Made by a program: the position numbers and the translations under genes
In this document: in pieces, positions 9,975 through 19,703 of the stretch
How the letters are laid out: the number at the start of each line of letters is the position of its first letter
How positions within the stretch are numbered: the stretch's first letter is position 1
Notes under the pieces: generated by a model
The model's database searches: none
Told to the model about the DNA's origin: nothing
What the model saw: only the letters and a program-made list of their open reading frames with translations
From: Candidatus Multivoradales bacterium
GTDB lineage: Bacteria; Acidobacteriota; Thermoanaerobaculia; Multivoradales; JAHEKO01
NCBI GenBank assembly: GCA_965223855.1
Contig: CBDCXM010000009.1
Location: forward strand, 1,920,001 to 1,984,000
Direction of reading: 5' to 3'
Length of the DNA: 64,000 nucleotides

Positions 9975-11105
9975 TCAGGTCAACGGCGTCGCTGCGGCTC
10001 CGATCGCCGAGTCGAGATCCCGCCACAGGTCCTCCACGTCCTCGACGCCGACGCTCAAGCGCAGGAGAGAAGGCGGAAGGTGCTCCTGTCCCGGCACGGC
10101 CGCGCGGCGCTCGATGGTCGACTCGACCGCACCCAGGCTCGTTGCGTGTCGGACGAGTCGCACGGAGCTGCAAACGGTGTCCGCCAGTCCAGCGCCACCG
10201 TCGAGATCGAACGAGATGACTGCTCCGAAGCCGCGGAGCAGCCGACGGGCGACCTCGTGCGTCGGGTGAGACTCGAGCCCGGGATAGCGAACGGTCGTGA
10301 CCCTGGGGTGCGCCGCGAGCCTCCGGGCGAGAACGCCGGCGCTCTCCTGACTGCGGGCCAGTCTCAGAGAGAGAGTTCTGATTCCGCGAAGCGTCAGGAA
10401 CGTCTCCAGGCTGCCGGGCGTAGCGCCGTTCAGTTCCCGAGCCTTTCTGAGGGCACTCAGTAGGCTCTCGTCTCTGGTGGTCGCGATGCCCGCCAGGAGA
10501 TCGGAGTGTCCTCCCAGGAACTTCGTCGCAGACTGCAGCGAGACGGTGGCGCCGAGGTCGAGAGGCCTTTGGTTCAGTGCGGTGGCGAAGGTGTTGTCCA
10601 CAGCCAGAATGGCGGTCGGCTTGCGTGGTGCCGCGCCGATGCGCTCGAGGTCGGCCACCGCAAGCAACGGGTTCGATGGCGACTCGATCCAGAGAAGGTC
10701 AGCCTGAGCGCTCGCCTCCAACCAGCTCGAGGTGTCTTCGACCGGTAGACGCTCCGCGGTCCATCGGCCGCGAGCTTCGCCGGCGTCGGCGAGACCGCTC
10801 ACCCCCTGATAGCACCCTTCCGACAGCAGGATGGAGGATCCTTCGGGAAGCTGTTCGAAGACCGCTGCCATCGCGGCCATTCCCGAGGCGAAGGCGACCG
10901 AGCTCGCGCGTTCGAGGCCGCCCACTACCTGTTCGAGAGCCTCCCAGGCGGGGGTTCCGTCGTCTCGCGAGTAGGCACGCCCGCCTCCGAGCTCGAAATT
11001 GGACGCGGGGATCGGAGGGACGTTCAACGGAGCGCCGGGTTCTTCGCTTCGACCGGCTGCCACCAGCCAGGAGTCAGCCTTCACCGTCCGATCACGATGC
11101 TCCAT
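9975..11105 (-). CDS. Cystathionine gamma-synthase/lyase family PLP enzyme
   Basis: FASGMAA, ESPSNP, VDNTFAT, SATKFLGGHSD, ATSLGAVES, LRLSVGVE. Confidence 0.92.
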   Translation of the reverse strand: MEHRDRTVKADSWLVAAGRSEEPGAPLNVPPIPASNFELGGGRAYSRDDGTPAWEALEQVVGGLERASSVAFASGMAAMAAVFEQLPEGSSILLSEGCYQGVSGLADAGEARGRWTAERLPVEDTSSWLEASAQADLLWIESPSNPLLAVADLERIGAAPRKPTAILAVDNTFATALNQRPLDLGATVSLQSATKFLGGHSDLLAGIATTRDESLLSALRKARELNGATPGSLETFLTLRGIRTLSLRLARSQESAGVLARRLAAHPRVTTVRYPGLESHPTHEVARRLLRGFGAVISFDLDGGAGLADTVCSSVRLVRHATSLGAVESTIERRAAVPGQEHLPPSLLRLSVGVEDVEDLWRDLDSAIGAAATPLT

Positions 11106-11144
11106 CAGCCGAATCCTGTCACGACGGCGGAGCGTCGATGTCGA

Positions 11145-14100
11145 CTACTCCCAGGTCAGTAGCGTCGCCGCGAAGAGCTTGATGCCCGGGCTGTCGGGCA
11201 GGGTGAGGGTCCGGTCGGCGGTCTCGAGGTCGAGTCGGTAGCGGAAGACGTAGCCGTAGTCGTAGACGAGGTCGTCGCCGTTGCGGTCGTGGCGATGGGT
11301 CGACCACCAGGCGACACGGTCCCGCCGGAGGTGGCCGGTACCGGGGCGGGCCCAACGCAGTCCGCGCAGACCGCGCCGCCAGCCGCGGAAGCCGCCGAGG
11401 AAGCCGTCCCAGGCGTCGATCTCGACGCGAAAGGTGCGGTCGCGAATGCCGAGGGCCGCCGAGCGTCGCTCACCGCAGACCGACGCCGCGAGATAGATCG
11501 CATCGGCCGGCTCCTCCCAGGTGAGTGTCTGGCCGGCACAGGAGACGACGTTGTCCTCGTCGGCCGGACCGAACTCGAAGCGGATCGCGCCGGACTGCAC
11601 CGCTCGCGGCCACAGCTCCGCCGGGAAGCTCTCGCCCGAGGGGCCAAACGGGATCGACTCCCCCTGGAGGCTGGTGGCCCGGGTATCCCAGGGGAGCTGG
11701 ACCGGCACCGTCCGCTCACGGATCAGGGGTGCGGGCGGAGGCTCCACCTCGACGCCCAGCGTTGCCAGTTCGAAGGATCCGAGCGCGAGATCGACGCGGC
11801 CGCCGCTGTCGAGCTCTTCGACGGACCGCTCGCGGCCGTCGAGGCGCCGCGCCGCCGCCACCGGAGCCGAGAACGAGAAATTGACCACCGAACGCGCCTT
11901 GCCTCCCGATTCCTGCAGACGCAGCACGATCTCGTCACGGTCTTCGGCCTTCTTGAGCGCGCGTACGACGGCGCCGCGGCCGACGTCGAGGAACGAGCGA
12001 GCGCGGCCGAACTCGCCGTCGTGAGCCCCGGTCGCGAAGGCGCGCGGCGGGTTCGAGAAGCGACGGGCCGCCTCCTCGACCGTCGCGGTGGCGTCCCAGT
12101 CGGCGGTCGAGAAGAGGGCATAGCGCAGCTCGTGGCGGCCGTGGTCCTGGTCTCCCTGGTGGCGGAACTTGCGGGTGACTTTCGGGGACCTCAACAGGCT
12201 GAGTCGTAGCGTCCCCTCGTCCGGCCGGTCCCAGCCGTAGCTGCCGTCGGTCAGCACGGCGGTCGTGCCGCGCTCGTCGGATTGCGCCGCCCAGGATTCG
12301 CCCGGCACTTCGTAGCTGGCGCGCTCGTTGATGCCGCGGTCGATGGTGCCGCAGCCGAGGCCGTAGCGTGCCGTCGGAGAACCTGCCGTCAAGGGGAAGC
12401 GGACCTTGAGCAATTTGCCCTTGGTCCGCCAGTCGATCTCGTGTTCGAAGTCGAGCCGGTCACCGGCCGAGCCGGCGGCGAGAACGATGCGCTGGCGGAA
12501 GGTCGAATCGTGAGCCTTCCAGGTCGATTCGAGGACGGCACGCACGGGACCGCGCTCGACCACCGTCCAGTCGGCGCCCGCTCCCAGCGGCTCGGGGACC
12601 GCATTCACGTCTTCGTAGCGGATCTCCCACGCCGGCCAGCGCGCCGAAAGATCGGGCAGCAGCTCGAGCTGCGCCGGGCCGGACAGCAACTCGCGCCCGG
12701 TAGGTCGGTCGATCACGCTGACCAGTTGCCCGTCGTCGTTCCAGGTGAGGCGGAAGTGCGCGTTGGTGATCGAAGACGGCGCGACGACGAGGTCGGTCGC
12801 CGGCCGGTTGTCCGAGGCGGGTCGCAAGCGCCAGGCCGCCATGCCGAGGGAGGGCAGCGACGGGGCGAAGACGATGCGCAGCCGGTCGGCCGCGCGCTCG
12901 ACCACCTGGACCGGAACGATCTCGTCCTGCGGACCGACGGCTTCGATCTCCATCGGCGCTCCCGGCCAGTGCAGCTCGACCTCGACGAGATCGCGACGCG
13001 GCTTCTCGAGCGGGTTGAACAGGACGAGCGCCCGTCCCTTGCCGGAGGTGTCGAGGTTGCGCGCCAGGGCGCCGAGCGCGTCGGCGGCGACGGTGTCGAA
13101 CGTGTTCTGCGCCAGAAGCTGATCGTTCCAGGTGTAGCGGTAGGCCTCAGGCAGGCTCGTGCCGGTGAGGTCGTCGTGCATCTGGTGCCAGAGGAAGTGC
13201 TCCCACGCGGTGCGGAGCCGCTCTTCCGGATAGTCCATGACCCCGAACCAGTGGGCGACCGTCGCCGCCCGCTCGGCGGTGTCGGCCATCCGCTCGCACC
13301 GCCGGTTCCAGCGCTTGGTGACGGCCTGTGAGGTCCAGCAGCCGGTGCCGTGGGTCGGCAGCAGCAGCTCACCCTGATGGCGCGGCAGGCGCTCGATCTG
13401 CGTCGGGCCGAGGCGGCGGAACATCTCGTCGGAGGCGACCTGCTCGACACCGATCGGCCCCGTTCCCTCGACGCTCTTCTCGATCCACGAGAGCGACTCG
13501 TCGTCGAGGTGGCCCCCGCGGTCGCCGAGTCCGACGTACATGAAGGCGATGCGCAGCCGGCTCGAGGTGAACTGGCGCTCGGTACGCTCGAGCCATCGCT
13601 CGGCCGTACTCAGATCCTCGTGCAGCCCCTCGCCGTACCCTTCCGGCCGGAAGGCGGCGACGACCCCCCGTCCGTCGGGGCCGAGCCATCTGCCGATCTC
13701 GAAGGGGAGCGTCGCGGGAGCGCCCCAATTGCCGAACTTCTGGCCGGAGAAGCCGGTCAGGCCGCAGTGGGCGGCGATCGTCGGCAGGGCATGGCCGTAG
13801 CCGAAGCAGTCGGGCAGGAAGATGTCGTCCGAGGTTGTGCCGAGCGACTGTTCGAAGTAGCGCTGGCCGTAGAGGATGTGCCGCAGCAGCGACTCCGGCG
13901 CGACGCAGTTGACATCCGGAGCGTCGAGCATCGCGCCCGCCGGCCGCCAGTTGCCCCCTTCCACCGCTTCGCGCAACCGGTCGAAGCGCTCGGGGTAGTA
14001 CTCCTCGATCCAGCGGTAGCGGATCGCTCCTTCGAAGGAGAGCACGCGGTCGGGATGGCGCTCGAAGAGCTCCAGGTTGCCATCGACCGTCGCCGGCAGG

Positions 14101-14225
14101 AACTCGGCGATGGTCTGCCGCACCGTCCACCGCCACTGGGTGTCGAGGTGGACGGTGTAGACGAGAAAGAGCGTCGGATGGCGCTCGAGCCCCGGAGGGG
14201 GCGCCTCTCGGGATTCCGGATTCAA
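11145..14225 (-). CDS. Alpha-mannosidase, GH38
   Basis: HLDTQWRW, FLPDCFGY, GDRGG, HQMHDDLTGTS, LRLSLLRSP. Confidence 0.9.
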   Translation of the reverse strand: MNPESREAPPPGLERHPTLFLVYTVHLDTQWRWTVRQTIAEFLPATVDGNLELFERHPDRVLSFEGAIRYRWIEEYYPERFDRLREAVEGGNWRPAGAMLDAPDVNCVAPESLLRHILYGQRYFEQSLGTTSDDIFLPDCFGYGHALPTIAAHCGLTGFSGQKFGNWGAPATLPFEIGRWLGPDGRGVVAAFRPEGYGEGLHEDLSTAERWLERTERQFTSSRLRIAFMYVGLGDRGGHLDDESLSWIEKSVEGTGPIGVEQVASDEMFRRLGPTQIERLPRHQGELLLPTHGTGCWTSQAVTKRWNRRCERMADTAERAATVAHWFGVMDYPEERLRTAWEHFLWHQMHDDLTGTSLPEAYRYTWNDQLLAQNTFDTVAADALGALARNLDTSGKGRALVLFNPLEKPRRDLVEVELHWPGAPMEIEAVGPQDEIVPVQVVERAADRLRIVFAPSLPSLGMAAWRLRPASDNRPATDLVVAPSSITNAHFRLTWNDDGQLVSVIDRPTGRELLSGPAQLELLPDLSARWPAWEIRYEDVNAVPEPLGAGADWTVVERGPVRAVLESTWKAHDSTFRQRIVLAAGSAGDRLDFEHEIDWRTKGKLLKVRFPLTAGSPTARYGLGCGTIDRGINERASYEVPGESWAAQSDERGTTAVLTDGSYGWDRPDEGTLRLSLLRSPKVTRKFRHQGDQDHGRHELRYALFSTADWDATATVEEAARRFSNPPRAFATGAHDGEFGRARSFLDVGRGAVVRALKKAEDRDEIVLRLQESGGKARSVVNFSFSAPVAAARRLDGRERSVEELDSGGRVDLALGSFELATLGVEVEPPPAPLIRERTVPVQLPWDTRATSLQGESIPFGPSGESFPAELWPRAVQSGAIRFEFGPADEDNVVSCAGQTLTWEEPADAIYLAASVCGERRSAALGIRDRTFRVEIDAWDGFLGGFRGWRRGLRGLRWARPGTGHLRRDRVAWWSTHRHDRNGDDLVYDYGYVFRYRLDLETADRTLTLPDSPGIKLFAATLLTWE

Positions 14226-14343
14226 GGTGGGGGGAGTCTATTGCAAGCGGGCGATGGTGGCGGGAGTCGACCGACCTTCTCGCACGCTCGAGGGTGCCGG
14301 GAGGTCGGGCGGTGCCGGGTGGCCTCGACTAGAATCTGCGCCC

Positions 14344-14856
14344 ATGAGTCGCACAATCCTCGTCGTATCGGTCCTCGTCCTCGGAGTGCTGTGTGCCCCA
14401 GCGACGCGGGCCCAGCAGGCTCCCGCCGTCGCCTTCGGTGCCGGCCTCTTCGATACCGCCGCCTGGTTCGACGACCGCGGGGACTTCGACGCTCTCGAGG
14501 CGGGCGTCGAGTGGAGAGGCGCTTCGACCTCGTTTCTCGGCATCGGCCCGATCGCCGGGGCCACGATCACCGACGACTCGGCCTTCTGGGCATACGTCGG
14601 CGGCCGGCGGCCGTTTCGCGTCGCGACTCGGTGGGAGGTCGCCCTGAGCTTCGGCGCCGCCTACTACGAACAGGGGGACGGCAAGGATCTCGGCCACGAG
14701 CTCGAGTTCAGGAGCGGGATCGAGCTCGGGCGGTCGATGGCGCGCGGCAGGTGGCTCTCGGTCGAGCTCTACCACCTGTCGAACGCCAGCATTTCGGACG
14801 TCAATCCGGGGTCCAATTCGCTGCGCGTGCTGTACTCGTTGCCGCTGGCGCAGTGA
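14344..14856 (+). CDS. Lipid A 3-O-deacylase (PagL)/acyloxyacyl hydrolase family outer-membrane protein
   Basis: Signal peptide; GKDLG..LEFRSG; YHLSNAS...NPGSNS catalytic-type motif; beta-barrel C-terminus. Confidence 0.85.
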   Translation: MSRTILVVSVLVLGVLCAPATRAQQAPAVAFGAGLFDTAAWFDDRGDFDALEAGVEWRGASTSFLGIGPIAGATITDDSAFWAYVGGRRPFRVATRWEVALSFGAAYYEQGDGKDLGHELEFRSGIELGRSMARGRWLSVELYHLSNASISDVNPGSNSLRVLYSLPLAQ

Positions 14857-14987
14857 CAAGTCGCCGAAAGTTCGGAGCCGGATATGTCAATTCTTTTCAA
14901 TCTGACTGTGGAATTTGTCACACTCCCTGTGCTACGGTCTGCCCTCGCAGAGATTGTTTCCTGTTGATTCTCAGAGAGGGACCTGCA

Positions 14988-15494
14988 ATGAAGACCAAGA
15001 TCGCTCTGACCGTGGCAGCTCTGGCGCTGATGGCAGCGGGAGCCGCGACCGCCCAGGCTTTCACCACCACGATCTACGCCGGTCAGTACATCGAGGCCGG
15101 GACGCTCACCGTCGATTCGGTCCTGCTGCCCGATGGCAGCGGGGAGGTCGTCTTCGTCATCGAGGCGAACGACGACTGGCTCATCGAACTGGTGCACATC
15201 TACATCGGAACGGATCCCGTGCCGACCAACGGTGGCGGACATCCCAATCCGGGTGGGTTCCCGCACCACAGCGACTTCTCGAGCCCCACCGACTACTTCG
15301 TCTTCAGCCTTCCGCTGGAGTCGATCGGCGGCGCGACATGCTACGACCCTGAGACTTTCAACGTAGCCGTCCATCTCGACATGGTCACCGCCGGTGGCGG
15401 ACCGATGGAGACGGCCTGGGCGTTCGGCCCCAACCCTTTCGACAAGGCGTGGGGCTGGTGGTTCGAGTACACCGCCGACTGTGGCCTGCGCTGA
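14988..15494 (+). CDS. Secreted hypothetical protein (paralog 1)
   Basis: Signal peptide MKTKIALTVAALALMAAGAATAQA; SD GAGAGG; motifs shared with 15606-16229. Confidence 0.8.
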   Translation: MKTKIALTVAALALMAAGAATAQAFTTTIYAGQYIEAGTLTVDSVLLPDGSGEVVFVIEANDDWLIELVHIYIGTDPVPTNGGGHPNPGGFPHHSDFSSPTDYFVFSLPLESIGGATCYDPETFNVAVHLDMVTAGGGPMETAWAFGPNPFDKAWGWWFEYTADCGLR

Positions 15495-15550
15495 TCGCAT
15501 TGCGACGTGGACCCGGTGATACCCGGGATCCGCGCCTGATCTAGAATGCC

Positions 15551-15581
15551 AGCCGGGACTGCGATCGTCCCGGCTCTTTTT
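15551..15581 (+). terminator. Intrinsic terminator between the two paralogs
   Basis: AGCCGGGAC-loop-GTCCCGGCT followed by CTTTTT. Confidence 0.65.
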
Positions 15582-15605
15582 CTACTGTTCCGGGGGGACC
15601 ACGAG

Positions 15606-16229
15606 ATGAACCGAACCTTTCTGAGTCTTGCCGCGCTCTTGTTCGCTGCCTCACCTGTACTCGCCGGGGGGATGTGCGTGCCGGAGATCTGCACGTCCGG
15701 TGACTGCACCGTAGATCTGTTCGGCGGTCAGACGATCGACGCCGGAGACGTCACTTACTCCAACGACGACCAGTTCCTCTTCATCCAGATCAACACCGAG
15801 GACGACTGGCAGTTCGACACGCTCCACATCTACGTCGGCGTCGACCCGGTGCCGACGAACGGTGGCGGCAACCCGAGCCCCGGGCAGTTTCCGGTGAAGC
15901 TCGAGTTCAGCAGCCCGATGACGTCGCACACCCAGATGTTCCAGCTCAGCGAGTTCGCCATCGACCCCACCGACCCGAATTGCGACGAAGCTTCACTCCA
16001 CATCGTCGTCCACGCCGAGCTCGAGAACTCCGTCACCGGCCAGGAAGAGACCGGCTTCGCCTGGGGCGACATCGAGTTCCCCGGCAAGCGCTGGGGGTGG
16101 TCCGCCTGCTACGGCGTGCCGTGCGACGAGCCGCCGACCGACTGCGATCCGTTCACCCAGACCGACGAAGAGTTCGATCTGTGCTGCGAGCTCAATCCGA
16201 CGGACCCGGACTGTGAGGACCTGCGCTGA
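15606..16229 (+). CDS. Secreted hypothetical protein (paralog 2) with a Cys/Asp-rich tail
   Basis: Signal peptide; HIYVGVDPVPTNGGGNPSPGQFP, ETGFAWG, KRWGW shared with the upstream gene. Confidence 0.8.
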   Translation: MNRTFLSLAALLFAASPVLAGGMCVPEICTSGDCTVDLFGGQTIDAGDVTYSNDDQFLFIQINTEDDWQFDTLHIYVGVDPVPTNGGGNPSPGQFPVKLEFSSPMTSHTQMFQLSEFAIDPTDPNCDEASLHIVVHAELENSVTGQEETGFAWGDIEFPGKRWGWSACYGVPCDEPPTDCDPFTQTDEEFDLCCELNPTDPDCEDLR

Positions 16230-16379
16230 GGTAGGTCGCCTACGGGCTGGATGCGAACTCGGCCCGATCGATCTGGAGACTCCTGACGAGCCCGGCGCGC
16301 TGAGGCATCGACGAGCGAGCTGCACTCACGGCGGGCGCCTCAGACACCGGCATCAGCGCCGAGGGATAGCAGCCGACGG

Positions 16380-17183
16380 CTACCAGGTTTTCCAGGGCAC
16401 CTCACCCGAGTTCCACACCTCGTTGAGGTGCAGATAGTCGCGGTAGGTGTCCATCGAGTGCCAGTACTCCTCGTGCGGATAGACGGCGAGTTCGCGCTCG
16501 CGCGCCATGTCGCGCAGCGGCTCGATCTCGAGCAGCAGTGACGCCTTGTCGCTCATGTAGTCGAAGACGCCGCGGTTGAAGACGAAGAAGCCGCCGGAGA
16601 CGAAGCCGTCGGCCACGGTCGGCTTTTCGTTGAACTCGGTCGCCAGTCCGTCTTCGAGGTGCAGCTCGCCGTAGCGTGACGTCGGGTGGACCCCCGTCAC
16701 CGTGGCGACCTTCCCCTTCTCGTAGTGGTAGGCGATCAGGCGGTCGATGTCGACCCGCCCGACGGCATCGCCGTAGGTGAAGAGGAAGGTGTCGGTGTCG
16801 ATGTAATCCTGCACCCGCCAGAGGCGCCCGCCGGTTCCGGTCTCGGCGCCGGTCTCGACGCAGGTGATCTCCCAATCCTCGACGCCGACCTCGTTGTGGA
16901 ACACCGGCGGCGAGGCGTCCATGCGGACGGTGAAGTCGCGCATCATCTCGTGGAAGCGCAGGAAGTACTGCTTGATCACCCACCCCTTGTAGCCGAGGCA
17001 GAGGATGAAGCGTCGCAGCCCGAACTGACCGTAGATCTTCATGATGTGCCACAGGATCGGCATGCCGCCGATCTCGACCATCGGCTTCGGTCGGTACTCG
17101 GTCTCCTCGCGCAGGCGCGTCCCCTGGCCGCCGCACAGGATGACGACCGGCATGTCGGCCTTCGCAGGGCGTTGTGAACTCAT
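16380..17183 (-). CDS. rfbF: Glucose-1-phosphate cytidylyltransferase
   Basis: ILCGGQGTRLREETEYRPKPMVEIGG.PILWHIMK, TGGRL, TYGD, WHSMDTYRD, PWKTW. Confidence 0.9.
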   Translation of the reverse strand: MSSQRPAKADMPVVILCGGQGTRLREETEYRPKPMVEIGGMPILWHIMKIYGQFGLRRFILCLGYKGWVIKQYFLRFHEMMRDFTVRMDASPPVFHNEVGVEDWEITCVETGAETGTGGRLWRVQDYIDTDTFLFTYGDAVGRVDIDRLIAYHYEKGKVATVTGVHPTSRYGELHLEDGLATEFNEKPTVADGFVSGGFFVFNRGVFDYMSDKASLLLEIEPLRDMARERELAVYPHEEYWHSMDTYRDYLHLNEVWNSGEVPWKTW

Positions 17184-17384
17184 GGAGACTCCGGAGGGTT
17201 GGTGGCCGGCGTAGTGGCGGTGACGGCGGGAGTTTCGGGGTGAACGGCCATGGGGAGGACCCGCGGGGCGGCCAGACGTTACCACGCTGCGACGGTGCTA
17301 CCATCGTCGGCGACGAGGCCTCCCGAGGCCCTCCGGCGGCGGCCGGAGCACGGCTCTCGGGACCCGCGAAAGGAACTCGGAGTC

Positions 17385-18260
17385 GTGGCGAACAAGGGGA
17401 TCATTCTGGCTGGTGGGGCGGGGACGCGCCTGCTGCCGCTGACGGCGTCGACCAGCAAGCAGCTGCTGCCGGTGTACGACAAACCGATGATCCACTATCC
17501 GTTGTCGACGCTGATGCTCGCCGGGATCCGCGACATCCTGGTGATTTCAACTCCACGTGACACGCCCGCGTTCGAAGCGCTCCTCGGGGACGGCGGCCGC
17601 TGGGGGCTGAACCTGAGTTACGCGGTGCAGCCGGAGCCCAAGGGGATCGCCCAGGCCTTCCTCATCGGCGAGTCCTTCATCGCCGGCGATCCGGTCTGTC
17701 TGATCCTGGGCGACAACATCTTCTATGCCGGCGGTTTCGCGAAGACGCTCCAGAGGGTCGCCGCCGAGCGCGAGGGGGCGACGGTCTTCGGCTACTACGT
17801 GCGCGACCCGCGCGCCTACGGAGTCGTCAGCTTCGACGCCGACGGTCGAGCGACGGAGATCGAGGAGAAGCCGGAGCGGCCGAAGTCTCACTACGCCGTG
17901 ACGGGGCTCTACTTCTACGACGAGCAGGTGGTGGACGTCGCCCGCTCGATGCGGCCGTCGGCGCGCGGCGAGCTCGAGATCACCGACGTCAACCGCGACT
18001 ATCTGGAGCGCGGCAAGCTCTCCGTCGAGATCCTGTCGCGCGGCACGGCGTGGCTCGACACCGGCACTCATTCGGCGTTGCTCGACGCCGCCAACTTCGT
18101 GCAGGTCATCGAAGAGCGACAGGGGCTCAAGATCGCCTGCCCGGAAGAAATCGCGTTTCGCATGGGCTACATCGATGCCGCGCGACTCGAGGAGCTTTCC
18201 GACGCCTTCGGCGCCAGCGCCTACGGCGACTATCTGCGAGAGGTCGCGCGGGAATCGTGA
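17385..18260 (+). CDS. rfbA: Glucose-1-phosphate thymidylyltransferase
   Basis: [40 protein letters not shown]. Confidence 0.96.
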   Translation: MANKGIILAGGAGTRLLPLTASTSKQLLPVYDKPMIHYPLSTLMLAGIRDILVISTPRDTPAFEALLGDGGRWGLNLSYAVQPEPKGIAQAFLIGESFIAGDPVCLILGDNIFYAGGFAKTLQRVAAEREGATVFGYYVRDPRAYGVVSFDADGRATEIEEKPERPKSHYAVTGLYFYDEQVVDVARSMRPSARGELEITDVNRDYLERGKLSVEILSRGTAWLDTGTHSALLDAANFVQVIEERQGLKIACPEEIAFRMGYIDAARLEELSDAFGASAYGDYLREVARES

Positions 18261-18816
18261 ACTTCACCGTCGAGGCCTGCCCGCCGCTGCCGAAGTGTGC
18301 GTGGTGCGTCCGCGGGTGCACGGCGACGACCGGGGTTGCTTCCTCGAGACCTGGCGCGAGGACCAGTTCGAGGAGATCGGCCTCGGGGGCCGCTTCGTGC
18401 AGGACAATCAGTCGGTGTCGCGGCGCGGAGTGTTGCGCGGCCTTCACTACCAGCTTTCCCCCGCCGAGCAGGGAAAGCTGGTGCGGGTCGCCCACGGAGC
18501 GGTGTTCGACGTCGCTGTCGATCTGCGCCGTTCGTCGAACACCTTCGGAGCGTGGATCGGCCGGCGACTCGACGGGCAAAGCCACGAGATGCTGTGGATC
18601 CCGCCGGGCTTCGCGCACGGCTTCTACACGCTGTCCGAGACGGCGGTCCTGGTCTATCGCTGTACGGGGGGCTATTCGGCCGAGCACGACCGCTCTCTGC
18701 GCTGGGACGACCCCGGGATCGGGATCGACTGGCCGCTCGCGGACGATGTCGAACTCGAGCTGTCCGACAAGGACCGGGCGGCACCGGGTCTCGCCGACGC
18801 AGAGCTCTTCGCGTGA
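18257..18816 (+). CDS. rfbC: dTDP-4-dehydrorhamnose 3,5-epimerase (1-bp frameshift near 18291)
   Basis: [34 protein letters not shown]; the N-terminus [12 protein letters not shown] is in another frame. Confidence 0.9.
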
Positions 18817-19703
18817 GAGTGCTCCTCACCGGGGCGGCGGGTCAGCTCGGGCGTGAGCTGGTCCGAGAGGCGCCCACCGCCGTCGACCTGGCGGCCTTCG
18901 ACCGGGTCGCCCTCGACCTGACCGACGCCGGGAGAGTGAAGCAACTGGTGACGTCGATCCGGCCGCACGTGATCCTCAATGCCGCCGCCTACACGGCCGT
19001 CGATCGGGCGGAGAAGGAGGTCGCGGCCGCCGAGGCGGCCAATCGCGACGGTGTGGGGGCACTGACGAAGGCGTGCGCAGCCGCAGGAGCACGACTGGTG
19101 CATGTCTCGACCGACTTCGTCTTCGACGGTTCGAAGGACACGCCCTACGTGCCGGGTGATCCCACGGGACCGCTGTCCGTGTACGGCCGCACCAAGCTGG
19201 AGGGCGAGAGGGAGGTAGAACGACTCGGGGAGGCGGGAGTGGTCGTGCGCACTGCGAGGGTCTACTCGGCGCTCGGCGGCAACTTCGTCACGACCATGCT
19301 GAGGCTGATGGCGGAGCGCGACGAATTGCAGGTGGTCGACGATCAGGTCGGCTCCCCGACCTGGGCTCGGGGGCTGGCGCGGACCCTGTGGCGCGCGGCG
19401 TCGGCATCGGTCGAGGGGCGACTCTCGGGGGTCCACCACTGGTGCGACAGTGGCGCTTGCTCGTTTCACGAGTTCGCCGTCGAGATCCGGGAGCTGGGCT
19501 TCGAGCGCGGGCTCACCGACCGAAAGCCCCCGGTCCGGGCGGTTGCGACCGCCGACTATCCGGCGGAGGCGACGCGGCCCACCTACAGTGTTCTCGACTG
19601 CTCGAGCCTCTCCGAGGCACTGGGGGTCGAGCAGCTTCCCTGGCGCGTCGCCCTCGGTAGGATGCTCGACGAAATGGGGGGAAAAGAGGTGCAGCGTGGC
19701 TAG
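18813..19703 (+). CDS. rfbD: dTDP-4-dehydrorhamnose reductase
   Basis: GAAGQLG, NAAAYTAVDRAE, STDFVFDG, YGRTK, VDDQVGSPT. Confidence 0.95.
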   Translation: MRVLLTGAAGQLGRELVREAPTAVDLAAFDRVALDLTDAGRVKQLVTSIRPHVILNAAAYTAVDRAEKEVAAAEAANRDGVGALTKACAAAGARLVHVSTDFVFDGSKDTPYVPGDPTGPLSVYGRTKLEGEREVERLGEAGVVVRTARVYSALGGNFVTTMLRLMAERDELQVVDDQVGSPTWARGLARTLWRAASASVEGRLSGVHHWCDSGACSFHEFAVEIRELGFERGLTDRKPPVRAVATADYPAEATRPTYSVLDCSSLSEALGVEQLPWRVALGRMLDEMGGKEVQRG

